DNA from: Thermoanaerobaculia bacterium
Lineage (GTDB): Bacteria > Acidobacteriota > Thermoanaerobaculia > Multivoradales > Multivoraceae
DNA: 64,000 nt
Reading direction: 5' to 3'
Assembly (NCBI GenBank): GCA_963666565.1
Contig: OY762911.1
Location: 1,024,001-1,088,000 of the forward strand
Under the pieces are notes generated by a model, which worked only from the letters and a program-made list of their open reading frames with translations, ran no database searches and was not told the DNA's origin. This document shows, one piece after another, positions 26,326 through 36,323 of this stretch (positions within the stretch are counted from its first letter, which is position 1; every line of letters starts with the position of its first letter). The translations under genes and the position numbers were made by a program.

Positions 26326-28287
26326 TTAGGTCGGGAGTCGATTCGCTACTCCGTCAAGGATCTCGGCTAGCACATAGGCTTGGAAGGCAGACGCACTCGT
26401 GAAGCACCTGTATCCCGATGCGCTTGCGACCGCGAGGACTTCGGGAGGCTCTTCCAGCAGCAGCGCCACCGGCTGCGTCAGGCCCGCCTGGATGCCATCG
26501 GGCCACGCTAAGTCCAGAACGGCCCTCTGCTCGCCGGTGACGTCGTCCGACAACGACAAGTTCGTGTGGCCGCGGGGCAGACGTTGAGTCTCCATCCAGG
26601 AGTTGACCTCGTCGATCTCTTCTCTCTCGCTATCGGTCGCGATGCCACCGACTGCGGTTCTGGCCGAAGGGGCGGCCGGTATAGCGGACTCGACTGCGCC
26701 GCGCAGGAGCTCGTCGAAGCAGCGCTGAGCCTCCGCCGCTAGGAGTTGACGGCGTGCCTCCAGAAAGTCCATGTAGTTTTTCCTCTTCCACAATTCTGGA
26801 TCAGGGGGAACCCACTGCGAGGCGAGGGCACCGGGATGCTGTTCTTCGACGGCTGCGAAATACTCTTTCGGGAGACGGTTGGAGATCCAGAGGTTGGTGG
26901 CCTGAGTCTGAAAGCAGAAGTTCGCCAAGGCGTTCACCTGGGACCTCGTGTAGTCACGTTCGTAAAGGCGCGACTTGGGGAAGATGTGGTGCAACTCGAG
27001 CCGACTGCCAGCCGCCAGCAGGCCCTTGCGGATCGGTAGGCCGGTGCCCCAGTCTTTGGCTTGCCCCATTCTGGTGAGGATGTAGAGCACCGGATAGAAA
27101 CGAGCGCCGACGCTCCAGGCATCGAAGTGAGCCGGCACGAAGTTCAACTCGCCCTTCCACAAACGCAGTTCATCCAGCAATGCGTCGAGACTTCCACCTG
27201 ATGTCTCGAGAATCTCAAGGTCCCGGTCGATCACGGTCTCGGTGGAGCCTGAGAAGCGCCCCCACATTGCTGCGTGAGCGTACCAGTAGAGCAGCTTCCC
27301 TTGCTCGTCAGCAGTCAAACGGTTGGGCTTGCCGTCCAAGTACCGAACCATGACCGGCAGGGCGTATCGACCAAACAGAACCCGATCGTGGTCCAATCCC
27401 AAACGGGCCGCGATGAGGTCGAGTGCGACGTTGAGGCACCTTGTCGCGCGCTCCAGACCCTGTTCGACCTCCACCCGGGTTCGGTCGTGCAGGTATGTGA
27501 ACTTTGCCTCTCCGGTCACGAGTGTGTTGACAGAGCGGAGCAGCCAGTCGAGCTTGAAGTTGTAGCCGACATCCTCCCACGCCTTGAGGCGAGCGTTCAT
27601 GGTCTCGCGCGCGTGTGGCCAATCGGCGCTGATCTTGGCGAGTGCCAGGTCGCCCTTGGAGAGCTTCGTGCCCCCGCTGTTGACACGGTTGAAGATGTCC
27701 ACCACGACACCGATCGGGTCGTCTGTTCCGGTGACCTCCTGAGTGATCTCGTGGACGTGGAGGTCTACTTCACGGATTCCGAGAAGCCGAAGCAGCTTTC
27801 CCACAACGTCAACCGGTCCGGCTAGATCGGGATTCGCCGTCACTCTGCGGTAGATTTCGTCCACCCCGGCGGCACCCGACTTCATCAAGGTCGACACGTT
27901 CACCCACAGAGGGTCGTCCGCCATTTTTACCTTCTGGTAGAACTCGAACACCTCCTCGTCGAGGTTGAACCAGAGACCAGAGAAGCTCCACGAGTCTCCG
28001 TCGAAGAAGTCAGGGGCGCGCCCGCGCATGACGCCGTAGAGGGAAGTCATGCGTTGCTGACCGTCCATCAAGAGCTTCACCTGTCCGGGCGGAAGTTCTC
28101 CATCGCCACGGCTCTCGGCACCTTGGGAATCGGTAACCCAGACCAACAGCGAGCCAATCGGGAAGCGACGGTAGAGGGAGTGGAAGAGGCGCCGCACTTG
28201 TTCGCGGTTCCAGACATAGCCGCGCTGGAATCGCGGCAAGGCCATCTGGCCGGAGTCGATGTGATCGAGGATGGTCGCGATCTGCAT
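26326..28287 (-). CDS. GmrSD-family (DUF262 plus DUF1524/HNH) modification-dependent nuclease
   Basis: FQRGYVW, DGQQR, FNRVNSGG, LHHIFP...NALAN. Confidence 0.88.
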   Translation of the reverse strand: MQIATILDHIDSGQMALPRFQRGYVWNREQVRRLFHSLYRRFPIGSLLVWVTDSQGAESRGDGELPPGQVKLLMDGQQRMTSLYGVMRGRAPDFFDGDSWSFSGLWFNLDEEVFEFYQKVKMADDPLWVNVSTLMKSGAAGVDEIYRRVTANPDLAGPVDVVGKLLRLLGIREVDLHVHEITQEVTGTDDPIGVVVDIFNRVNSGGTKLSKGDLALAKISADWPHARETMNARLKAWEDVGYNFKLDWLLRSVNTLVTGEAKFTYLHDRTRVEVEQGLERATRCLNVALDLIAARLGLDHDRVLFGRYALPVMVRYLDGKPNRLTADEQGKLLYWYAHAAMWGRFSGSTETVIDRDLEILETSGGSLDALLDELRLWKGELNFVPAHFDAWSVGARFYPVLYILTRMGQAKDWGTGLPIRKGLLAAGSRLELHHIFPKSRLYERDYTRSQVNALANFCFQTQATNLWISNRLPKEYFAAVEEQHPGALASQWVPPDPELWKRKNYMDFLEARRQLLAAEAQRCFDELLRGAVESAIPAAPSARTAVGGIATDSEREEIDEVNSWMETQRLPRGHTNLSLSDDVTGEQRAVLDLAWPDGIQAGLTQPVALLLEEPPEVLAVASASGYRCFTSASAFQAYVLAEILDGVANRLPT

Positions 28288-28616
28288 TTCGGTACGCTAG
28301 GCGAGATTGAGGGTCGGGTCAACTAGACCTGCAGGACCCCGTCGGCACCTCGGGTAGGGTCCCCACCAGCGGCCTGAGAGGCCAGGGGCGGGAGTGGTCG
28401 CCGGGCACACAGTCAGCGCTCCACGAGCGCATCCCAGATGAAGAACTAAGGCTGTCCTGAGCTTGACCTGCGTTCCGGTGGCGGAGGGTGGTTCTGGGGC
28501 TGGGCGCGGCCCGGACTACTGGCCCGCGAGTTTGAGCCGCGAGCCCAGTCGGTCCGTAGGTGCGTGGTCCAGGCGGACCGCGACGATGGCCGCCGCGATG
28601 ACGGGATGACTACCGC

Positions 28617-28868
28617 CTAGCGTGAAACCCGGAGTCTGCGCCGTGAGAATCGGCGACCGTGCGGGGCCGCCGAGGATGTGACGGTCCCGAATGCTCCGCG
28701 CTCAGAGTTGGCCTGTATCCGCAGCCAGTGTTCCGCGTCGGACCAGCCGAGCGCCTCGAGCCGCAGCATGATGGCTGCGGTGGCGCCGGCGCGTCCGTGG
28801 AGGATGCGCGACAGGAATGCGCGGGTGAGGCCGAGCCGCTCGGCGGCGTACGTGATGGTCCAGCCCCG
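28617..28868 (-). pseudogene. 5'-truncated HigA-like HTH antitoxin
   Basis: WTITYAAERLGLTRAFLSRILHG...LRLEALGWSDAEHWLRIQ resembles 48600..48896. Confidence 0.7.
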
Positions 28869-28869
28869 G

Positions 28870-29071
28870 TCAGCGCCCTCGAAACTTCGCCTTGCGACCC
28901 TCCACGAACGAAGCGATCCCCTTCCCCGAGATCCGCCGAGTTCGCCGTCCTTACGCGCATGGCAGGGATCTCCCGGTGCGCGGCCTGCTCGCGCTCTTCG
29001 AGATAGACCTGCGCCGCGCGCTTGATCTCCCGAACCGCGAGCGGGGCGCACTCGCAGACTTCCTCCGCGAG
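28870..29071 (-). pseudogene. Diverged duplicate of the 3' 200 bp of the enoyl-CoA hydratase gene
   Basis: Aligns with 30070..30270, with small indels. Confidence 0.85.
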
Positions 29072-29204
29072 ACTGAGGCGCAGGCGCTGGCGGACGGACT
29101 GAGCGGGGAGCAGCTTGCCGCCACCCGGTCCGAACCGGCGCCGGAACTCGAAGCCGCGCGCGCCGAGTGCGCGGCGGCACGGCCCGACGCGGGCTCGAAC
29201 TGGT

Positions 29205-29651
29205 TCACGCCTGGTGCGAGGTCGCTTCGGTCGGGTCCATGAGGTCGATACCCGGAAACCGCGTGAAGTCCCGGTCGGTGGTGGCGATCGAGACGCCGTG
29301 CTCGAGCGCCAGTGCCGCGAGGTGCGCGTCCATCACCATCGGGCCCCTGGCCTGACCGCTGCCGCAGACTTCGCTCAGGATCTTCCAGGTCCGCGGCCCC
29401 GGTTGCAGCAGCCTGGCGTTCGGCAGGGCCAGCCACTCTTCAATCAGGGAGCAGGCTTCGGCCGGTGTCAGAGGACGGGAGAAGACGCGGCGATCCGAGG
29501 CGATGCGGACGAAGGCGAGCAAGGTGACGAGCGCGAAGCTGACGGACCGGCCGGACGAAAGTTCGGCCTGAAGCCATCGGGCCGACGCCTCCTGGAACGG
29601 ACTCTCGGAGTCGTAGGCGTAGAGCAGCACATTGGCGTCGATGAGTGTCAC
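29205..29651 (-). CDS. vapC: VapC PIN-domain toxin
   Basis: IDANVLLYA, DAHLAALA, TTDRDF. Confidence 0.93.
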   Translation of the reverse strand: MTLIDANVLLYAYDSESPFQEASARWLQAELSSGRSVSFALVTLLAFVRIASDRRVFSRPLTPAEACSLIEEWLALPNARLLQPGPRTWKILSEVCGSGQARGPMVMDAHLAALALEHGVSIATTDRDFTRFPGIDLMDPTEATSHQA

Positions 29652-29893
29652 CGGCGGGTCGGACCGTCCAGAACGTCGAGCAGACCGCCGATGTCGTCCA
29701 GGTCGAAGCCCGGCCGGAGCCCCATGCGACGTGCCTCTACCGTGAAGGGGGTAGCGAGCTCTTCCTCGCCGGGCGACTCGAAACCCCTCCGGAGGGTGAC
29801 GTTGACGATCTGCTTCATCGGGGCGCCGGTGCGCTGCATCTCGTCGCGCACCTTGGTTGCGACATCGTCTTCGAGCGTCAGAGTCGTTCTCAT
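29648..29893 (-). CDS. vapB: VapB-like antitoxin
   Basis: MRTTLTLEDDV; overlaps the vapC start. Confidence 0.85.
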   Translation of the reverse strand: MRTTLTLEDDVATKVRDEMQRTGAPMKQIVNVTLRRGFESPGEEELATPFTVEARRMGLRPGFDLDDIGGLLDVLDGPTRR

Positions 29894-29900
29894 GGTCGTG

Positions 29901-29929
29901 ATGCTAGGAAGGGGGACTCAAGATGTCAA
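29901..29929 (-). promoter_or_regulatory. Leaderless sigma70 promoter TTGACA-17-TAGCAT
   Basis: Near-consensus boxes 7 nt from the vapB ATG; gatgc repeats nearby. Confidence 0.65.
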
Positions 29930-30069
29930 TACGATGCCATCTTGATGCCAGTTCGGTCCCGGCGTGGTGCTGGGACTCCCTCGGCCTCGATGGCGCTCGC
30001 GACGGTCGAACGGAGCGGGGTCGTACCGCATCTGGAGGATCTGCCGGGCGTGCTTCGTCGTTTCCCCGG

Positions 30070-30870
30070 TCAGCGGCCCTGGAACGTCGCCTTGCGACGC
30101 TCGACGAACGAAGCGATCCCCTCCGCGAAGTCCGCCGAGTTCGCCGTCCTTGCGCGCATGGCCGGGATCTCCCGGTACGCGGCCTGCTCGCCCTCGTCGA
30201 GATAGACCTGCGCTGCCCGCTTGATCTCCCGAACGGCGAGCGGGGCGCACTCGCAGATCTCGTCCGCAAGCTCCAGGGCACGGTCGATCTGGTCGCCGGC
30301 GGGCACGACCTCCTGCACGAAGCCGAGAGCGAGGGCGCGCTGGGCGTCGAACTCGTCGGCTCGCAGCAGGTGGTACATGGCGTTTCCCCAGCCGGCTCGC
30401 TGCACGTAGCGGACGTGGGCGCCGCCGAACACCGCGAGGCCGCGCCGGGGTTCCAGTTGCGCGAAACGCGCGTCGTCGGCCGCTACCACGATGTCGGCGG
30501 CCAGCGCCATCTCGATGCCGATCGTGTAGCAGATTCCCTGGACGGCCATCACCAGCGGCTTGCGGCATCGCCGGCGGAGCGCGAAGGGGTCGGGGCGTTC
30601 GTCCGGCGGTTCGTCGGCGTCGGCGTCGCGGCCGCGGGCCATCGAACCGGCGAACTTCGGCAGGTCGAGGCCGGCCGTCGTGTTCTTCCCCTGGAAGGTG
30701 AGGACGCCGACCCAGGCGTCTTCCGTCTCCTCGAGTTCGGCCAGCGCGTCGGCCAGTTGCGTGAACATCTCCGGCGTGAAGCTGTTGAGCTTCTTCTCGC
30801 GGTCCACGTGGATTCGCAGGATGTGGCCGGCGAGGGTCGTCGTGATGGGCGCGGCCTTGGTCTCAGTCAT
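30070..30870 (-). CDS. Enoyl-CoA hydratase/crotonase family protein
   Basis: AGLDL, KPLVMAVQG, GIEMALAAD, EGIASFVERRKATFQGR. Confidence 0.92.
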   Translation of the reverse strand: MTETKAAPITTTLAGHILRIHVDREKKLNSFTPEMFTQLADALAELEETEDAWVGVLTFQGKNTTAGLDLPKFAGSMARGRDADADEPPDERPDPFALRRRCRKPLVMAVQGICYTIGIEMALAADIVVAADDARFAQLEPRRGLAVFGGAHVRYVQRAGWGNAMYHLLRADEFDAQRALALGFVQEVVPAGDQIDRALELADEICECAPLAVREIKRAAQVYLDEGEQAAYREIPAMRARTANSADFAEGIASFVERRKATFQGR

Positions 30871-30968
30871 GGTTTTTCTCCAGCGTTTCGGTCTCCGCGT
30901 GCGGCGGTGGCCTCGCCGGTACGCTCGGCTCGTCGCCCCTCTCCCCGACGCCTCGCCAGGCCGCCAGG

Positions 30969-32513
30969 TCAAGCTTCCGCGACATCGAACGCCGTGACAT
31001 TCCGCTCCTCCCTGCTGAACTCGACGCCGATCAGGTGGACCGGCATGCCGGCGGCGCGGTACTTCGCGGCGTAGTCGCGGTCCCGCAACTGCGCCAGGGC
31101 GGAACCCGGCGGCGCCAGTTCCACGACCTTGAACTCGAACAGGTACGCCTGCCCGCCGAACCGCACCGCCATGTCCACGCGGCCGCGGCTGCTGCTGTCC
31201 TCGGTCGTCACGTCCAGGCCCGCCGCCGCGAAGTGCGAATAGAAGACGCTCGCGTAGTAGCCCTCGTACCGCGCGATGTCGTTGCGGGTGTGCCACTCGT
31301 AGGGAATCCCCGCGAAGAACGCCCGGAACAGCGCTTCGATGCCGGCGAAGTCGTTCGCCGCCAGCAGTTTCCGCAGCCGCACGCCGGTCCCGAGGTGGCT
31401 CGTTCCGTTCGGGGCCAGCGCGTCGAGGAGACCGCGATTGAGACTCTGCCGGACCGCCCGGTTCGGGTAGCCGAGCCGGTAGTGCGGTTCGTCGCCCACC
31501 TTTTCTTGCGTCGCGATGGTCAGGTAGCCGGTCTGAAACAGGAGGGCCTCCACGGCCATGCTCTCCACGTCGAACTTCGAGAGCAGTTCGCTGGTGCCGA
31601 ACAGGCCGTCGAGCGACGGAACGACGACCCGGCGCCGCTTCAGCGTCTGGACCACGAAGTCGGGCGATCCGGTCTCGAACCAGTGCGCCCTGAACTCCCG
31701 CGTACGGAAGAACAGGAGGATGTCGAACGGGTTGTAGACCCGTTCCTCGCCGAGCCAGTTGTAGCCGTTGTACCAGTCGCGGATGCGATCCCGGTCGAGT
31801 CCGGGAAGTTCGGGGGCGAACACCTCGTCGAGATCCGCTTCGGTGTAGCCGCAAACGTTGGCGAAGCTCGGGTCGAGCGTGATGTCGGTCAGGTTGTTGA
31901 GATCCGAGAACAGGCTGACGCGGGTGAACTTGCTGACCCCGGTGAAGAAGCTGAACCGGACGTGCGCGTCGGCCGCCTTCAGCGTGCCGTAGAACCCGCG
32001 GAGGAAGTCGCGATTCGCCCTGGCGCGTTCGGGATCGTCGAGGACTTCCAGGATCGGCTTGTCGTACTCGTCGACGAGCACCGCGACCCGCCGGCCGGAG
32101 GCCTCGTGGAGCGCTCCGATCAGGTGGCGGAAGCGCTCCGGCGGGGTCTTGTGGCGGGGCTTCACGCCGGCAGCCCGCTCGATGGCGTCCAACTGGGCGT
32201 CGACGCTGTTCCGTACGCCGTCGCCGCTGCGGTACTCGCCGCCTCCGAAGTCGAGCCGGATGACCGGATGCGGCGCCGACCAGTCCCGGCTTCCGTGGAT
32301 CGCCAGCCCCCGGAAGAGCGGCTCGTTGCACTCGAAGAGTTCCTTCAGGGTATCCACGAACAGGCTCTTGCCGAACCGCCGCGGCCGCGACAGGAAGTAG
32401 TGCTTCCCCTCGTCGATCAACCGCTCGATGTACGCGGTCTTGTCCACGTAGTAGCAGCCGTCTTCCCGGATCTCCCGGAAGTTCTGGATGCCCAGCGGCA
32501 GCTTGCGTTTCAT
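30969..32513 (-). CDS. AAA-ATPase-like plus PD-(D/E)XK (PDDEXK_9) protein
   Basis: LPLGIQNF, YYVDKT, SRPRRFGKS, DEYDKP, GRVDM...FEFK. Confidence 0.92.
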   Translation of the reverse strand: MKRKLPLGIQNFREIREDGCYYVDKTAYIERLIDEGKHYFLSRPRRFGKSLFVDTLKELFECNEPLFRGLAIHGSRDWSAPHPVIRLDFGGGEYRSGDGVRNSVDAQLDAIERAAGVKPRHKTPPERFRHLIGALHEASGRRVAVLVDEYDKPILEVLDDPERARANRDFLRGFYGTLKAADAHVRFSFFTGVSKFTRVSLFSDLNNLTDITLDPSFANVCGYTEADLDEVFAPELPGLDRDRIRDWYNGYNWLGEERVYNPFDILLFFRTREFRAHWFETGSPDFVVQTLKRRRVVVPSLDGLFGTSELLSKFDVESMAVEALLFQTGYLTIATQEKVGDEPHYRLGYPNRAVRQSLNRGLLDALAPNGTSHLGTGVRLRKLLAANDFAGIEALFRAFFAGIPYEWHTRNDIARYEGYYASVFYSHFAAAGLDVTTEDSSSRGRVDMAVRFGGQAYLFEFKVVELAPPGSALAQLRDRDYAAKYRAAGMPVHLIGVEFSREERNVTAFDVAEA

Positions 32514-32643
32514 GGCGACACCGTGGCTGGGATGATAGCCGTGCCCCGCACGTGCGGCCCGAACGGAACGAGCCGCCTCGGCAGGGCGCGGTCCGCCCCG
32601 AGCACCGTGCGCGCCGGCTCGGCGTTCAACACGAGGCCCTACG

Positions 32644-32686
32644 CTGGGTGCGCGGGTCTTCTGACCCGCTTGCCGCCGCAGGCGGC
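32644..32686. repeat. Single REP arm A with partial interior
   Basis: ctgggtgcgcgggtcttctgacccgcttgccgccgcaggcggc. Confidence 0.85.
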
Positions 32687-32722
32687 CAGGAGGCGCACCG
32701 GCGGGAGGCCGGCTCCGCTCTC

Positions 32723-34270
32723 TCAGGCGGCCAGCAACCGGCGGTACTCGTCCTCGACGACCCACAGCCGGTCCTGGCCCCAGACGGCGAGGTCGCCGAC
32801 CCGGAACGAGGGTACGCCCCACAGGCCCAGGTCGAACAGTTCTTCCCGGTTGCGTTCGGCTTCCGCCCGCCACGCCGGGTCGCCCAGATAGCGGCGGCCT
32901 TCCGCCCAGTCGAGCCCGGCGGCCTCGACGATGCGGCGCAGGCCCCGGTCGGTGCCGGCGTCGACCGCCTGCGACCAGACGAGAGTCATGAAGGAACGGA
33001 AGTACTCGATGCCCCGCCCCTGCTCGATCGCCCACGGGAGCAGCGAGTAGCCGCGCTCGACCGGCTTGCCGACCGGATCGGAGACGGGGCCGAAGGGAAC
33101 GCCGTTGCGCTCCGCCTCGCGGGCGGCGTCGAGCAGGATGTAGCGGCGCTTGGCCCGCTTCACGGGCAGGCCGCGCATGACCATCGGCAGGACGAACCGG
33201 ATGCGCAGGTTGACGCCGAACGCCTCGGCGAGGCGGATCGTGCGCTCGGTGGAGATCCAGGTGTACGGGCTGCGGAAGGAGGCGAAGAAGTGGAGATCGG
33301 GGAGGTCCGCGGCTTCGAGGGCGTCGGCCGGGACCGGCCGTTCGAGGAGGGACGGCTGCGCGTAGATCGGCGTGATCTCGCCGCGCCCAACTGTCGATGC
33401 GCCTTCGGTCGGCGCGCTCGCTGTCGGTGCGCCGGCCTTCTGGCCGGCATCCGCGGCAGGCGGAATCCGCGACGTTGGCGCACCCCTCGACCGTCGCGCC
33501 CCGAGATCGGCGAGGCGCTCCTCCAGGTACGCGAGCCGATCGATCCCCCAGGCCCACTCGCCTCCGTAGAAGCAGGTGCCGCCCAGGTAGTGGCCGAGTT
33601 CCGCGCGCCGTTCCGTACCGGCGCGGAGGGCGGCCTCGAGCGCAGCGTCGATGTCCGGATTCTCCGAGGAGGCTACACGCTGGGTGCGCCGGCGCCCTCG
33701 CCGGCTTCTGAAGAGCTCTGCCCCATCCGACTCGCTCTCCCACAGCTCCCGGCCCAACGCCACAGCCGTCTCGAGGGTCGCGTCTGACCCCGGTCGGTCA
33801 GGCGATGGCAGAGTCGCCGCCAGTTTCTTCTGCACGTCGAGCACTGCTTCCGGCTGAGGCCGCGTCTCCGAACTCGGATCTGCGCCGCTCCGCGGCGCCG
33901 CCAGAGGGCGGGTCGGAAGACCCGCGCACCCGGCGTCTCTCGGCTGGGTTACAAGCCCCGCCTTCTCCGCCAACCGGCGCGCGTCGACGAGCGAGTACGA
34001 CTCGAGCAGCGACCGCGCCGGCGCCGCCCAGTCCTCCGGCGGTGCCGCGAGCCAGGTCGCCACCTCGACCTCGTACCGCTCCCGGAGCCTCACCAACGCC
34101 TGCGCGACCAGATGCGAGTACGGATCGTCGACCTGGTGGAAGAACTCGATCCGGTGCGGTTCGCCCTTGCGCCGGCGCTCCCGCTCGGCGCGCGCCCGTG
34201 CCTTGTCCCGTCGGCGCTCGCCGAGGAGATGGGTCGAGAACTGCTTGGAGGCGAAGGACTTGATCGACAT
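32723..34270 (-). CDS. Tandem DsbA / HCCA-isomerase (kappa-GST-like) protein with three REP-derived inserts
   Basis: FFHQVDDPYS and FFASFRSPYT; WGIDRL and WGVPSF..WGQDRL. Confidence 0.85.
   Translation of the reverse strand: MSIKSFASKQFSTHLLGERRRDKARARAERERRRKGEPHRIEFFHQVDDPYSHLVAQALVRLRERYEVEVATWLAAPPEDWAAPARSLLESYSLVDARRLAEKAGLVTQPRDAGCAGLPTRPLAAPRSGADPSSETRPQPEAVLDVQKKLAATLPSPDRPGSDATLETAVALGRELWESESDGAELFRSRRGRRRTQRVASSENPDIDAALEAALRAGTERRAELGHYLGGTCFYGGEWAWGIDRLAYLEERLADLGARRSRGAPTSRIPPAADAGQKAGAPTASAPTEGASTVGRGEITPIYAQPSLLERPVPADALEAADLPDLHFFASFRSPYTWISTERTIRLAEAFGVNLRIRFVLPMVMRGLPVKRAKRRYILLDAAREAERNGVPFGPVSDPVGKPVERGYSLLPWAIEQGRGIEYFRSFMTLVWSQAVDAGTDRGLRRIVEAAGLDWAEGRRYLGDPAWRAEAERNREELFDLGLWGVPSFRVGDLAVWGQDRLWVVEDEYRRLLAA
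33426..33448. repeat. REP arm variant C (ggtgc-gccggcc-ttct-ggccggc) inside the CDS
   Basis: Same GGTGC plus 7-bp stem plus 4-nt loop layout. Confidence 0.65.
33680..33712. repeat. REP arm variant B inside the CDS
   Basis: Matches 662..694 including the ttctgaa tail. Confidence 0.8.
33882..33933. repeat. Half REPIN A inside the CDS
   Basis: gccgctccgcggc hairpin followed by gcgggtcggaagacccgcgcacccgg. Confidence 0.85.
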
Positions 34271-34409
34271 GAATCTGGCGGCTTACCGGTGCTTCATCGG
34301 AAGCGACCGCTGGTCGGGGCCGTGGGCGTCAGGTTCGGATCGGGGAGGTTGCGCGCATAGCGAAGGCGGGCGGATCTTCGCGGTGTTGGACGATCCGCTA
34401 TGCCCTGCT

Positions 34410-34985
34410 TCAGGAAGCCACCGTGTACGTCAGCACAGCGAGAAGCAGCGTGTTGAAGGCCATGATGCTGCCGAAGGTCCACTTCAGCGTGCCCACCTGT
34501 TCCGCCAGCCCCTCGATCCGTCCCTCGACCGAGGCGAACCGGGTGTCCATCTCGCCTCTCAACTCGGCGAACCGGGAGTCGACGTGAGCGAAGCGGGTCT
34601 GCATCTCGCCGTTCAACTCGGCGAAGCGGGCATCGACCTGGGCGAAGCGGGCGTCCACCTGGGCGAATCGGGTTTCCATTTCGCCCTTCCACTCCGCCCG
34701 GTCCTGTGCCCGCTGCGCATCGTGGCGCTCGAGCATCGCCTTGAACCGGGCATCCGCTTCCGCTCGGTCCTGTGCCCGCTGCGCGTCGTGACGCTCGAGC
34801 ATCGCCTTGAACCGGGCATCCGCTTCCGCTCTCGTCACCATCGGCGCCGCCTGTTCATCCAGCAGGTCGACAAGCGCCTCGGCCAGCGGGCGCTTCATAC
34901 CCGCGTCGGTCAGTGTCTTGCGCCGGGCAGCCGTCTGTCCGCTTGTCCACGCCATCTCCGTCCCTGAAATCTCCGCTTCCGTCAT
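34410..34985 (-). CDS. Coiled-coil repeat protein with a C-terminal TM helix (DUF1640/CCDC90-like)
   Basis: L..AGM....AEAL N-terminus, duplicated 22-aa unit, RFA repeats, LKW plus hydrophobic tail. Confidence 0.7.
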   Translation of the reverse strand: MTEAEISGTEMAWTSGQTAARRKTLTDAGMKRPLAEALVDLLDEQAAPMVTRAEADARFKAMLERHDAQRAQDRAEADARFKAMLERHDAQRAQDRAEWKGEMETRFAQVDARFAQVDARFAELNGEMQTRFAHVDSRFAELRGEMDTRFASVEGRIEGLAEQVGTLKWTFGSIMAFNTLLLAVLTYTVAS

Positions 34986-35175
34986 CGTCAGCCTCCGACT
35001 TTCTCGATCTGCGCCGGGCGGCCGCGACGGCAGGAGAAATCGTACAACAGGCCCCGGTGCCGGGCCCGAGGGACACGGCCTTGCACCGGTCCTCTGTGGA
35101 CCAGGACGGAATCCGGCGCCGGTTGCCCGATTCGGGGAGCAGACGCCGGCTGCCGCCCCAGGCCTGCAACGGCGT

Positions 35176-35298
35176 CTAGCTGCCCATGACGCCCCGCGAG
35201 CAGGCGGCGAGCGCCATCTCGGGCGACGACACGAGGAACATCGGCGCCGCGATCAGCGAAATGCGGAGGCGGCCTCCGATAGTGAGGTCGAGGGTCAT
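35176..35298 (-). pseudogene. Nitronate monooxygenase N-terminal fragment
   Basis: LIAAPMFLVSSPEMALAACSRGVMGS followed by a stop. Confidence 0.7.
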
Positions 35299-35456
35299 GG
35301 GTTTCGCCCGCGGGCGATCTCGCCGGAGGATAGTAGCCTCGACACCTCCCTGTACACGCTGCCGGCGAGGGCGCTTCGTTGAACGCAATCGGGGAGTCGT
35401 GTCCGGTTAACTGCGGACGAGGACACTTCACACTCAACGGACGAGGGCATCGAGGA

Positions 35457-35852
35457 ATGAGAATCCACCTGACCAGCGTCTTCGTGGACGACCAACGGAA
35501 GGCACTTCGCTTCTACACCGAAACGCTCGGCTTTCAGGTGAAGCACGACATCCCTCTGGGAGAGCACGCCTGGATCACCGTCGTGTCGGCGGAAGATCCG
35601 GACGGGACGGAGTTGCTGCTCGAGCCTGCCGCACACCCCGCGGTCGGTCCATACCGGGCGGCTTTGGTGGAGGACGGGATCCCCGGCGCCAGCTTCGCAG
35701 TCGATGATGTCGAAGCCGAGTACGAGCGTCTCGTGGCAAGAGGCGTGCGGTTCGTTCAGGCGCCAACGGACCTCGGGACTGTTGTTACCGCAGTCTTCGA
35801 CGATACGTGCGGCAACCTGATCCAGATCCAGGAGGAGAAGGCTCAACCATGA
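35457..35852 (+). CDS. VOC/glyoxalase family protein
   Basis: VFVDDQ.KAL.FYT..LGF, FDDTCGNLIQI. Confidence 0.92.
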   Translation: MRIHLTSVFVDDQRKALRFYTETLGFQVKHDIPLGEHAWITVVSAEDPDGTELLLEPAAHPAVGPYRAALVEDGIPGASFAVDDVEAEYERLVARGVRFVQAPTDLGTVVTAVFDDTCGNLIQIQEEKAQP

Positions 35853-36283
35853 CGATCGCACGGAACATCCTCGCCGCCATCGTCGGCTACATCGTCATGG
35901 CCGCCGTGCTCTTCGCACTCTTTTCGCTTCTGTGGCTGACGGTGGGCCCCTCGCGCGCCTTCGAGCCGGGTTCCTGGGAGGTACCCGTCGGCTGGGCACT
36001 CGTCCAGCTCGTCCTCGGGCTCCTGGGCGCGTACATCGGCGGGCAGGTCTGTGCCAGGGTGGCGCACGATGCCAAGGGCGCCACGATTCTGGTCGGCCTG
36101 GTGATCGTGTTCGGAGTGGTGAACGCCCTGATCCCGCCGGAGATGGCGGCGGGACCGCGCCCCGACGACGTGTCGATGATGCAGGCGACCGCGGGCGCCC
36201 AGCAGCCGGCTTGGTTCCTCTGGCTCAACCCGCTGGTCGGGGCCGTGGGCGTCTGGTTCGGAACGCGGAAGCTGCGCGAGTAG
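35849..36283 (+). CDS. Small multi-pass membrane protein
   Basis: About four hydrophobic segments; coupled to the VOC gene. Confidence 0.7.
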   Translation: MTIARNILAAIVGYIVMAAVLFALFSLLWLTVGPSRAFEPGSWEVPVGWALVQLVLGLLGAYIGGQVCARVAHDAKGATILVGLVIVFGVVNALIPPEMAAGPRPDDVSMMQATAGAQQPAWFLWLNPLVGAVGVWFGTRKLRE

Positions 36284-36323
36284 GCTACGAGTGCATGCAA
36301 CCGTCGACCAGGGAGGAAAGACC

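Noticed and set aside
28330-28600. Possible ncRNA upstream of gmrSD
   Set aside because: No recognisable RNA motif or convincing structure
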